From Mytilus trossulus (taxonomy: Eukaryota): 64,000 bases of DNA. Below are positions 24,185-36,459 of the stretch, piece after piece. A program made the position numbers and the translations under genes. The stretch spans positions 70,928,001 to 70,992,000 of the forward strand of contig NC_086373.1 in the NCBI RefSeq assembly GCF_036588685.1. The letters run 5' to 3'. Positions within the stretch are counted from its first letter, which is position 1. Each line of letters opens with the position of its first letter. The notes under the pieces were generated by a model that saw only the letters and a list, made by a program, of their open reading frames with translations, did not search any database and was not told the DNA's origin.

Positions 24185-25696
24185 AAACAATCGATCATAT
24201 GCCTGATATCTTTCAAATTGATTTGTTATTCATTAAGGTTGTCGTTGCATGGTTGCTTTTTTTGATTTTTGCTTTTGTTTGTAGTTTTGAGCATGCATCA
24301 AGCTTTTGGGTATCTAATTAAAATTGTTTTAGAACCTTAATAGCTTATTACACAGTGTTGGCTTTTGCTTCTTGTTTTAGGCCATACGATAAGCTATATG
24401 TGTTTACCTCAAAGCATTTAAGCTCTGGTATACAGAGATCATAGTGTCCTTTTAATCATACTTATCAAAGGTACCGGGCTTATAATATGATATCTTCAGG
24501 CTTCTTATTCTAAATACGGATTAACAATTTAAGAGGAGTAATGTCAGAGGGTCAACGATGACCTGACACTTCGTTGTATTCTAGACATGGAAAAACTGTG
24601 TGCTGTTTAAGAGTTCTATAACCAGTGAAATTATGGTTGGCGATGCACCATGTGTATTGTGCATGTATAGGTTTTTTTTATTAAATATACGTACCTTTAC
24701 CAGCAGTTCATGCTATTACAGGTTCTAACAGCTCATCATCTATCTTTGTTCTAAAAGAAAACTCTCTTTTAACGCTTTCAAAATCATCAATAGATAGCGG
24801 GTCTATTACAAATTAAACAAAATTCATATTGACACGTAGATCGGTGCTGCAAGAAAACTCTAAAGTGTCCGAAACCAAAAATAAGTATGTATAAGTCTAA
24901 TCACGACGATTTGAGCAAGCCACAGATCAGACTTCCAATCAAATAGATTGCCATCGTGTCACGTCTACCACCAAGTGCATCATCATTCAAACAACATGTT
25001 CTGAAAGCAAGCAAACAAAGACATGGCGTCATAACAAACAAATATGACAGTAGGTTTACCCAAGTATGAGTACGAATGTCAACAAGAGCCCGGTCCTGTT
25101 AAGTGGTCTTAAAACGTCATACTTTCTTCAGGATTTGATAAATTTGTTCTTGTGAAGGAAAAATATATGTATTAGGGAACTTGTGTATGTACTGAAATCA
25201 TTGTAAGCCTCTGTTACACAGCATCATGTTAATAACAGCGAAGTATCAGGAATTGTTCCAATGAAGCAAAAGCTTCACTGGGTCAGTTTTAAAATATGAA
25301 TTTCGACTGTTTTATATTGTTAAAAATCACAAAATTGAAAATTGCATTATTTGTAATAAATAAGATTTATTTCGTTTCTTTTAAAGAAATAGATTATTCA
25401 CAGAAACTCCTCCAGAATGACAAAAAAAACAATATATAGGTTTAGCCGAACTAACCCCCCCTCCCGCAAATTCATATTAGTTGATAAATATCTATATATA
25501 TATCTAAGTTTTGAACACTGGTAAGAAATTAATGCTTGCATTTTTAACTGCAAACCCTTTGACTGCACAAATGTGAGTGAAAATAAATGCAGTCGTCTTA
25601 AAAAAAATACTTTAAGAAATTAAAGTGTTTGTAAAGTATATAATCCCAAATGTCAAAATAAAGTTTGTAAATCACCGCATTCTAATTTTGCATCTG

Positions 25697-25803
25697 GGGT
25701 CAGTTTCACAACAAATCTTACGACTAAAGCTGGTCGTAAGTCATGAATAGTTCAGTTTACTTACGATTAATATTGTCTTAAGTTTTTTTGTGAAACCGAC
25801 TTC
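25697..25803. mobile_element. Small MITE
   Basis: GTCAGTTTCACAACAAATCTTA / TAAGTTTTTTTGTGAAACCGAC imperfect inverted ends. Confidence 0.5.
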
Positions 25804-27732
25804 GCTATCTGAAGTTTGGTAAACCTTAGTTTTGCAGCTATATATGTCGCGGGCAGGATTCCATGATGATTGGATCAATATCACAGTGACCGTATTTTAT
25901 GACCATCTCCTATGATATGATTTATATGCATATACTTAGTTTGGAAAACACAGGTTCAACGGTTCAAAAGATATGGACCGGACACAAACCAGACAAGCAC
26001 GAATCAAACAATGTTTGAAAACTTGACGGCTCAAATGTCAATGTCAATGTCAAAATGAACTGATTTAATATATGAAGAACCACGTGCCATCCCATAATAC
26101 ATTTCTGAACTAAGTGTGTTTAACATCAGTTCTATAGTTCAAAAGCAATGCATTTTCTATTTGAAATCATTGGTTTTGGATGAACTGTATATCTGTATAC
26201 ATGTATAAGTTACTTGATTTAATTCGACACGGGCCGAAAACAAGTGGGGACTGACGGACGGACAGACTTAAAATGTGATTCATATATCCTCTTTAACTTT
26301 GCTTGTGGTTGTATTAAACATGTAATATGGTGGTTTCCGATCTTGACACGGTTTGTAGGCTGTTAACAAACAGGAGACTATTGTCACTGTTGATGTGACA
26401 AAGACGTCTACGTTTTACTCTCTTTATTGCGTTGTTTTCTCTCCCTTTTTACTCGTCAAACTTACAAAATTTTCATCATTTCTCTTTATTTTGCATGGCA
26501 CACCATCAATTATAGTAAATATTTACACATTTAAGGTCAAATATTTTTTATTATACGTCGTTTTTTTTTTTTAGAAAGTACCGTTTTACCTATAGCAGAG
26601 TAAAAACGTCAAAATGACGTCAGTTATCGCCAAACCATGAACGATATGCAACTAAGAATCAGAGAGACGTTATCATAGTATCGTGTAAAGTAAAATTTAA
26701 ATTAACTATATTACCAGCTGCTTCAAATAAGTCAATAATACTACAAAAGTGTTATTCTTTCAATTTTTAATGAATGACCTTTGACCCCAATTAAAAAAAA
26801 AATGCATCATATTTCACTTTTACGACCGGGAAATGGAATCTACACATGTTTTCCTTTCCAATGATATATAATATAGCTGTGTTTTAGGTAGGTGCATTAA
26901 AAAAATTGTTTAGGTCTGAATGTCACTCGCCTAATAGAAGCGTACAAGTGTACAAAACTAGTGGCTCTAAAAGCCTTATTCGCTCACCTGAATTTACAAC
27001 AAAGCAACTTTTTGGTAAAATCATCATGAAAGGGCAATAAGTTTATAAAGAGTTAACTGATAGTTTTAGCCATGTTGACATATTTGTAAATTTTAACTTG
27101 CAGAATTATGTTTGTGATATAATGTTTTTATCCATCTATTTCTGTATTCAAAATAAATGGCAAAAATGCAAAAATATAGCACAAATCTTCATTTAAGGGC
27201 ATTAACTTCCAGAGGAGTCAACTGTGATTTGAGTCAAGTTTAATTGTTTGTAGATTTGGTCTTGTTTATCATTTTATTAAAAAAAATATGTCTTATAGTT
27301 TTCAAAATAATAGACGAAAATTTAAAAAAAATCACATCCTATTGGGGCTACTATGAGATAACGTCTGATAGTTTTGACGTAAATAGACATCAGGTAGATC
27401 TTAACATTTCATCATGTTTTACCCTGTCAGATTTTCTCTATTCTTTTTTTCAAGACAATAGACAAAACTTGCATATGTTCCCCTATTTTTATGTTTAGTA
27501 ATGTCGGCCATCTTGGTTGTTAGGCGGAGTCGTCGGACACACACACACACAATCGTTTTTCTTGCCGAGACAACGTTTTAAGTGAGAGTGACATTTACTC
27601 GATTCATTCATACAGAATCGATGGAATCGTTCTTACAAAAGAATGGAATAAATGTAACTTTTCATTCTTGTTTCAACTAAACATGAAATAATTAATAGAC
27701 AGAAATGAGTTTTAAAAGTGACCAAAACATAA

Positions 27733-28314
27733 AGGAGTAGGTCCGGTAAGGACGGATTTTGGCCTCAAATTTCATGTTCATCTGACGAAAGATTTTGACC
27801 ACTTTTTAAACACTTAAGTGTCTATTTCATTTGAATCAAGTACTTTATGTGGAAGATTTTAACTGATTTAGTCATTAAAAACGATCCGATTCAAGCTCAA
27901 ATATGACAAATCTACCAAATACGCCGAAAAATGTCACTTTTCAGATGGTTTTTGTCAAAAATGAAAGTGGCCGCATCCGTGTTCATCCTTAACCTTTATA
28001 TATGTTATGTATTATCATTAAATACAACTTACATTTCAATATTAAGGATGAACACGAATGCGGCCACTTCCGTTTTACACAAAAATCGTCTAAAATTTAA
28101 CTAAAATGATAGAAGATTTCAGTAATTTAGCATGACTTTATCAAGTTTATGGTGCTAGTACCCGATATATGTGCATTGTATTGTCAAAAACAGCCCATAT
28201 TTATGTAGCAGAAGCATTCTTCTGTCCAATAAATAACTAAAAATTTACAATTTAACAATTTTGTAAAACTGCATTATTTTGGGGCCAAAAAGGGGTCTTA
28301 CTGGACCTTCTCCT
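27733..28314. mobile_element. MITE (Kolobok-like termini) with internal inverted repeat
   Basis: AGGAGTAGGTCCGGTAAG / CTTACTGGACCTTCTCCT termini. Internal inverted repeat at ~27963-27990 versus ~28043-28071. Confidence 0.7.
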
Positions 28315-28996
28315 TTCTAAAATTACACATATTTTATACGTTCTAGAACACTTTTCTCCTAGAATGATGTTAAGTGCAGCATTTTACGTTTCTTTTGTAC
28401 CGAAAAAAAGTTATTTGACTCAGCATATGTAAATAATAATGATATTCTTTCTTTCAAATTTTATTTTATTGTACGTAATTACTACATGTTCGCCTTTATT
28501 CACAATGACAGAAGCCTCTAAATGAAGTGTGCCTCATATGAATGAAGGTATAACGCCAAGAAGAGGAGCACATTTGGTCCCAATATTGAAAATCACGTTC
28601 TTCCGACTTAACAAATAATTGTATTTAGTCAATAAAAAAATAACGGCAGCTTTTATACAGCTTTAAAGGGGTTCACGATACAGTAGCAATTGCAGATAAT
28701 AACGTTTCCAAGTTATAAACGTTATTTTCGTAGGCATCCAAAATTTGTTAAAAATTCACAAGCTAAATAAATCATTTTTCTGAATTTGATAGTGCTTTCA
28801 AATCAAAAAGCAAAAATATTTTATATTTACTAAATTCTACTGCTCAGAAGGGGTAAAAAATCCAGACAGAATGAAGACAATATATGTTTCCATCATCAAT
28901 AAGTTTCAATTTACGTGTACTCAAAAATAGGTGCAAGACGACATTGCATTAATAATAATTGAGTGTGCACTGCTTCAAAAAAGGTATAAAATTGTC

Positions 28997-29027
<31 letters not shown>

Positions 29028-29852
29028 AAAATCAAAAAAAAATCAGCGGTAGACTTTTAACTGTGTGCATTTGCAGTGGTATTAAAATTGTCTGCTGCTT
29101 ATTGTTACAATGGTAAATAATAAATAAAATCCATTTATAGTAGTATTTCAACTTTTGCTATATAGAATACCTTCATTTCTCTAACAAGGTAATTTTAAAA
29201 AAGTGTTTTGAATCTTTTCCCCGAAATGATATCCTTTTGCATTACAAATGCCTACAACGAAATTAAAAAAAATAATATTATTTTGCTAATTCATTATTCA
29301 ATTCGTTGATCGAAACAAATGATAACGGAAAAACTATAAACATGATAAAAATATGCTTATTTGATTCACATCTTCGTTATACACTTTCTAAAAAAAATTC
29401 ACAGTTGGAAATAATCAGCTGATGCCTTTATGTGCACAAAGGATGTTACCCCATGACACAATCGAACCAATTATCACATTGACAAATATATCTCAGCAAT
29501 TCTTTGTCTTTTGACAAGGTTTGTTGTTCTGTGTTCTGATAAGGAATAGATTGGTTTGTACGTTTCTACGAGTATTTCACGCCACTGAACAAAGTTAGAA
29601 TAACGTCAATAGTTCTGTCAAACAAAGCCATGTAATTACATCTTAAGCTATCTCATGCATAAATATGTCCGTTGCCATAGAATAGAGAATCTTTCATAAC
29701 AGATTGCTTCATGATTATTTTCGCATGAAATCTACCATATTTAAAAAAAAAAGTCAGAAGAGGAATTCAGTTGGGGTTATTGGAAAACATCTCTTGGTTA
29801 ACACGAGTGAGTATAATGTTTGCATCTTAAAGAGTCTTTATTTGCTAACAAC

Positions 29853-30512
29853 ATGTTCCACAAGCTTTTACTTTACATCTTTATTTCTGCAACACTTTCT
29901 AATGGATTAATTTTCAAAGGAAAAAAGTGTCATCCAACAAGTCATGATGTATACGGACCATATTATATTCCAAACCCGCCACCACTCTTACAGTTGTGTA
30001 CCGGTGACAACAAAATAAAAGAATCGGAAACTTTGCTAGTGCATGGTAAAATATTTGAAAGCGACTGTGAAACTCCGATGCCGTTTATTAGAATGGAAAT
30101 ATGGCAAGCAGATCACGATGGAAATTATCAAATATCAACGGACTGTAGGGGGTTCTTAAACACTGATCAACACGGATATTATGAATTTACTACTCTACAC
30201 CCTGGAAAGTATAAAACAGACCCGGAGAGTTATCTTTTCCGACCGGCTCATCTACATTTTAAGATATTCGGACAGCATAATCACAAGGACCTTGTTACAC
30301 AAATGTACTTTTATGGAGATAGTAACCTTGGATGGAATGATTCTTGTCATGTATGTGCATCAGACCGAAAAGATTTGATTGTCAAAACTGTTCTCTTTTG
30401 TGATGAAGACGACTTGGAAGAATGTACTGAAATTGCGGAATTTAATATTGTTTTAGAGAAGGGCAAAGGAACGTCAGTAACTTTTGCTGATTACGATTAC
30501 GAATATAGATAA
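29853..30512 (+). CDS. Secreted intradiol ring-cleavage dioxygenase (protocatechuate/catechol dioxygenase fold, 219 aa, no intron in CDS)
   Basis: Family motifs GPYY, EIWQADHDGNY, RG..TD..G.YEF.T..PGKY, RPAHLHF, LVTQMYF; Tyr/Tyr/His/His iron ligands present. First ATG 29853 begins signal-like MFHKLLLYIFISATLSNG. Confidence 0.9.
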   Translation: MFHKLLLYIFISATLSNGLIFKGKKCHPTSHDVYGPYYIPNPPPLLQLCTGDNKIKESETLLVHGKIFESDCETPMPFIRMEIWQADHDGNYQISTDCRGFLNTDQHGYYEFTTLHPGKYKTDPESYLFRPAHLHFKIFGQHNHKDLVTQMYFYGDSNLGWNDSCHVCASDRKDLIVKTVLFCDEDDLEECTEIAEFNIVLEKGKGTSVTFADYDYEYR

Positions 30513-31609
30513 GTGCATGTAAATAGATGTGAAATTTCTAATTTCTTAATTACTAGCTATATATATATTTTATGGTAATTTCATGAATGCTTTGTATAGG
30601 TTTGAGTTTACGTCACATGTATGCATGTATGAAAGTAAAACATTCTGAAGAATATGTAAAAATGAAATCTAAGAAGAAGAAAAAATATTATCACATGTAA
30701 AACTGTACCTCAACCTTTTTTATTAGCACATTCTAGAGAATGGATAATCGATAAAAAAAATTACGAACAGTGTAATTTCAAATCATAATTAAAATGAATC
30801 ATTATAAAATATTTGTCTGTTGAGTTTTGTCTGTTTGTGAAAATGTACCTTGTTAAAACACGGGGAAAAAATTATTCGGAATACGATAGTAATGCATAAA
30901 TGTAAAAATAGAAATATTTTCACATTCTGGCATTTGTTTTAGCAAACAAACATTAAAAATATGACATTTTTTTTTTTTAATTAAACACCATTGTACAAGT
31001 TTTAAAGTAAGAGAGAGAATTAAAAATTGAATAAATTTTATAACCAAACTGTTAAATTAATTATCATAAACATTTCAGAATTTAGTTTTTTCACTGACTG
31101 TCAAACCTGGGTCGCAAATGCAAAGTTCAGACAATATAAGGACTTAGATTAATGGGGAAAAAAAAGGTCGAACAGAAAATATTCCCTTTGAGTTGTTGCA
31201 GGAAATAATTCTACATTTCATTTCAGTAAAACAATTCAGTATTTGCAGAATTCCCTCATTTTAAATTTACCTTAAAATTCGGTATTTTTGTTATACCCTT
31301 TTCAAATCTGATACATCACATAAACCGTTGGTCGACATGGTAAGCATCTACTGCTATGCTAAACAAGGCATACGAATTCACAATTAGCCAACAAATTAAG
31401 ATATGTAATAGAGCTTTATTGGTTTATTTATAGATCAGTCGACAACTATGTGATCTGATGATACGAGACATAAGTGAAATTTGTCGCTTTTGTGTTGAGA
31501 CAAAACACATATATATCAACCTATTCGTGATGCCGACTGTAAAACGTATGTAGTGTCAAACAAACTCTGGAAAAATACAAAATGGACTTTGATTATATGG
31601 CAAAAAAAA

Positions 31610-31740
31610 AAGCTCAAAACCATCAAAAGAATGGATAACAACTGTCATATTCCCGACTTGGTATAGTACTTTTCCTATGTAGAAAACGGTGTGAAAACCC
31701 TGATTGTATAGCTAGCTAAACCTCTCACTTGTATGACTTG
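31610..31740 (-). repeat. Fragment of the SINE-like repeat family
   Basis: Reverse complement of part of 51125-51260. Confidence 0.65.
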
Positions 31741-33702
31741 TAGAAATTTGAAATGCACACGTTTATCATATATTATAGTTTAAAATTATCTATCTGTCGA
31801 GTGCAAGATCAATAAATGAAGCTGACCGTCTACTTTATCTAGTATCCTTAATATCAAATTTACTTAAATATATGTAATGCAATCGCTTTTTGAAATGTGG
31901 CTTATTGAGTAACTAGACCAATATACCTGAAGGTGAATTTAAAGAACTTGCAAGATGCTTTTTTTTCTTATTCTAAGAATACGGTTTTGAATGAATGCCG
32001 TTTCCTACGAGTACAAAAACGAGCAGAATAGTAGGTTTTCAAAATTAGTATCATTTGACTAACCAATGTTTTAAAATATCAATCCATGGACCTCAACTTA
32101 TATTTGTCAAACAAAAATTCCTTCATTTTTATGATATTATCTTCTTTCTTATATTAAGTTGTTGTTAAAATGAGTGTGGTTAAAATATCAATAGATATTT
32201 TGTGTCCTAAAAAGGGAATGTGCATTCTTTACCACTTTAATGAAACATTTCCCCTTACTACTGCCAATATAAATTATGTATGCAGGATGTATAATATGTC
32301 CTCCGGGAAGTATGCCATATTATATCTGGACACACAAGCAGTCTACACTTAAGAAAAAGCTACTCCTGCAGTTAACATGATCAGTTTAAAACCAATGCTG
32401 CAGGGGATCCTTGTTTTGAGTGGTTTGGGAATAACTGATACAAAAACAAATGGATTTACTAGAAGATAGATAGCTCAATTTAACAGGAAGATTAATATAC
32501 AAGTTGTGATGTTTGGCTGAAAAACTTGTTTCATTCCAATCTGTTCGTTTCCAACGTAAATGTACTTTGATGATTTTCCCTTACTACTCCCAACTATAAT
32601 TGAGTTTTTCAATAAACCTTGAGGGTTATTGTATTTGTTATTTTGGTCATAAATTGAATATAAACATGCATTTTCAAAATATTTATTCAAAACAAAACTG
32701 AAAATGTGAAATAACCTTGACTTGTTCATGAGATCAAGAGTCACTTAAAATATATAATATGAATTTGAACATACTATTCCATTTTATTATAACAATGTTT
32801 TCTCAATAGCAAAGTTTCTATAAAATAGCTTTTTGAACATACTGTTCCATCTTATCATAACAATGTGTTCTCATTAGCAAAGTTTCTATAAATTGCTTAA
32901 CTTTTCAGAACATCTACATTAGAAAGCTTGGCTTATACCTTGGAAAAAATTATCTTTTTAAATATCTTTTTGTTGTTATTGCACTTTGAAAAAATGCTTC
33001 AAAATGCTAGCAAGACATGTTTGTTTCAGTCTTACCGAAATTGTATATAAAAGATAGTTCAAATTATTTTATAATGTTTTTTTGCCGTCTGGTGCCAAGT
33101 GGTGGCAAAGCCTAAAAAAGTCTTCATAATTAAAGTCATCAGAAGCGATTACAAATATTTTCTTTATTCAACAACTGTAATTTTAAGCGTATCAAGACTT
33201 TCATAGTATATAACATTTGTATCTGATTAAATCATTAACAATAATAATAAATCAATTGCTAATTATAAAAAAATAACTACAACAACTGTAAGACCTGAAC
33301 AAGGGTAAAAATAAGCATCTCAATTAGTGCAAGTGGTGTTACTAGAATACCTTTATAAAATAGATCTCTGTTTTTGTTGCACTTTCTCCTTGTCCCTCCA
33401 TACACTCCTGTTCCTACCACCCATTTTGACCATCCATACTTATTTCAATTTCATTTCAGTTGATTCAATAGTTTATTGAAACTGTCATGATAAAAGAGAC
33501 AGAAGACACAAAAACGACAATCAAAGTGGAGAAAGATTGACTTTATCATAGAAAACAAAGGCACTAAGAGCCTAAATACCTCATTGGATATTATGTGCAT
33601 ATTCAACAATAGCCAACTTATTGTAGACTAAAATATAATGTATGACTTAAATCTCATTTTTTTATAATGAACAAATAAAAGGTTCACTCTAATATTATTT
33701 AA

Positions 33703-33974
33703 GGTGGTACCCAACACTTACACTAAAATTAATTTGGCTCTTTCATTTTCATAAAATTTTGACAAAGTATTTACTTTGACCCTTTAACAAAAATATAAAA
33801 ATTTCAAAAATTTTGAACCAACCATTTTCTCAGAAAAATTACACTGGTTATATTGCAGTTTGACAAACACCAATTTTGATCACTGAGAAGCTTAATATTA
33901 CCTTTACAACACAACGTTATTAAAACGTTTAGCAGACTTTACAGAGTTATCTTCCTGTAGTGTTAGGTACCACC
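33703..33974. mobile_element. Kolobok-like MITE (272 bp)
   Basis: GGTGGTACCCAACACT / AGTGTTAGGTACCACC TIRs with TTAA TSD on both sides. Confidence 0.85.
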
Positions 33975-35200
33975 TTAAGCTCTGAAAAGGTTAAAAATCA
34001 GACAGTCTAATCATTTATTTTTTAAAGTTGGTAAAAATTATCATTCACAGGCAATAAATCTTATTAGGAATGGACTGACAATTACGTTTTTTGTCAAATT
34101 GTAGATTGAGCCCTCAAAAAGAGGCATTTGATCAGATTTTTTTCTTTTCTATAATGGTTTTCAAAACAAAATGCAATACTTGCATTTTTCACTTATGTTC
34201 TTTTTTTAGCCTTGAAGGCTATGTTGGTTGGATTGTGGGATCAATCATACATATTTTTCAAACTAAACCCCTTGATTGATTATAAGTATGCTTTTATACT
34301 TTGGGCTTGTAGTTTCAGAAGAGTATTTTTTGGTAATTGTTAACAGACAACAAAGATGATAAGTGATGATTAAAGCTCACTGTCTAATCTAGGCCAGGTG
34401 CTTAAAAAACCCAACAAGGAATAGACAAAAAAAGTCCACATTACATAACATAGACAAATTAAGACTAAGCAATTTGAACTGACCAAAGACCAGGGAAGAT
34501 CTCTGGTGCTACAATAAGGTAGGCAGATCCTGCTCCACAAGATACATATAAATTGCATTCTAAACTTAATCTCATATGAAACTTATGCATGTAGATAATT
34601 ATGTACATGTATCATAGTAGACTTAATAAAAACAAAAAGTAAAATATATTCATATGCCATGATTTAAAGCAAATAAGCAAAATATCAAAATTACACAAAA
34701 TTACACAAAATAACTAATGTCATAATAAATATCAATACTGGTAAATAAAAACAACCAGATTGTTCCCATAATAAACTATCAACAGCATTTCTTAAAGATT
34801 AGAAAAAAAAACACATTTACAATAGTGTGAACAAATAAATATATAAATAAGCACTAATTTTAGGTAACAAAAATTTATAAATTTGAATGAAAGACTTACA
34901 TCAGTAGTACGAAAGACTAGTTTTTTTACATCAAATTTATCACTTCTAGGGCCCAATGTAAATAAATGTCTGTTTGTCACAAGTGATTTTCAAAAATCCT
35001 GTCTATTTATTACACAAAATGATTAGCATCACATCAAACAGGTTCATATCATCATATTTGAAAACCTTGTTTGCTGTAAATCACATAATCTCTTGTACAA
35101 TCAAATTTAAAAAAACAAACTTAACATGGTCAAGATTGTCTAATTATAGGAATAAACATGATCTCATTTCTCTCTAACAAACTGTAAAGAATTCATCAAA

Positions 35201-35656
35201 ACACTAATCAAATCATGATTATTACTTCTCACTGTGTATTATATCCACCTCTAAATAAATAACTTGTGTGTTCTGTGTAGCATCTACACATACACTAATC
35301 AAATCATGATTATTACTTCTCACTGTGTATTATATCCACCTCTAAATAAATAACTTGTGTGTTCTGTGTAGCATCTACACATACACTAATCAAATCATGA
35401 TTATTACTTCTCACTGTGTATTATATCCACCTCTAAATAAATAACTTGTGTGTTCTGTGTAGCATCTACACATACACTAATCAAATCATGATTATTACTT
35501 CTCACTGTGTATTATATCCACCTCTAAATAAATAACTTGTGTGTTCTGTGTAGCATCTACACATACACTAATCAAATCATGATTATTTCTTCTCACTGTG
35601 TATTATATCCACCTCTAAATAAATAACTTGTGTGTTCTGTGTAGCATCTACACATA
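35201..35656. repeat. 91-bp tandem repeat, 5 near-identical copies
   Basis: Units start at 35201, 35292, 35383, 35474 and 35565. Confidence 0.95.
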
Positions 35657-36345
35657 AGATCTTAGCTTTGCATTAATCCATTATTTCTTGTTTATACAAA
35701 CCCTTACACCTCTGATTTAATGTAACCTTGAAATCATGCCACTTAATTTTTTCCTTGTTTTTACTTCATTTTTTTTGTATTTGAAAAGTCTAACCCCTCA
35801 TATTAACTCCTTTCTTAAAATGGTCATATTTATTTACATGATTTTTTTCAATCAACCGAAGTTATTGCTTCTTCTACCATAATTATGAAGCCTGAGTAAT
35901 ATCTTAATACATTGTATTTATTTAACAGTGAACAAGGAACTGTGGATTTCATTTAGTTTGTTTGCTAAGTGACAGTGAAATCAGTATTAACAGTATTTGA
36001 GTTTACTACATATTTTATAAGTGAAAAATATTCGAATTACAAAATCTTTAAAAAAAATAAAAGGATAAAAAACTTGTTTGATCAATTTGGTTCTTTGTTT
36101 AATAATATATCTCTATTTAATTTCATTGTAATTTTTCAATAAATAATTGTAATACCTGATGAGAAAACATGTTTTCAGTGCTTTCAACACATACATAATT
36201 ATTAATATTTTACTTGTTTGTCTTTTAAAGCATCAAACCACATTAAATAAAAGATCATCAAATACAGCACCATGTATCTACAAATGCTACAGTTGAACAA
36301 AGATCATGTAAACCCTGAGTATAAAACAAAAAAACAGTTGTTCCT

Positions 36346-36459
36346 TTAACTTTGTTTCGGTTTGGAAAATTCAAAGCCTAACCTATCAACCAGAGCTTTA
36401 AGTATATTCCCTGGTATTCTTTGATGAGTATGTATCAGCTGCTGGACAGACTCCTTAAC
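36346..36459 (-). CDS. TMEM68: TMEM68 coding exon 8 (last)
   Basis: VKESVQQLIHTHQRIPGNILKALVDRLGFEFSKPKQS*. Confidence 0.95.
   Translation of the reverse strand, partial: VKESVQQLIHTHQRIPGNILKALVDRLGFEFSKPKQS

Larger units (their letters stand above)
22561..26933 (+). mobile_element. Academ-type DNA transposon, internally deleted (4.4 kb)
   Basis: TAGGCGAGTGACATT..AATGTCACTCGCCTA termini with further subterminal inverted matches and 3-bp TSD ATA. Remnant SRLPPSASSFKQHVLKA and Cys-rich codons at ~24950-25200. Confidence 0.8.

Noticed and set aside
28931-29116. ORF with poly-Pro and poly-Lys
   Set aside because: Homopolymer C and A runs with a GTG start.
29820-30512. Dioxygenase (and vWA genes) as bacterial contamination
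   Set aside because: Same AT-rich composition as the flanks, embedded among animal TEs, contiguous with intron-containing TMEM68, no operon structure.
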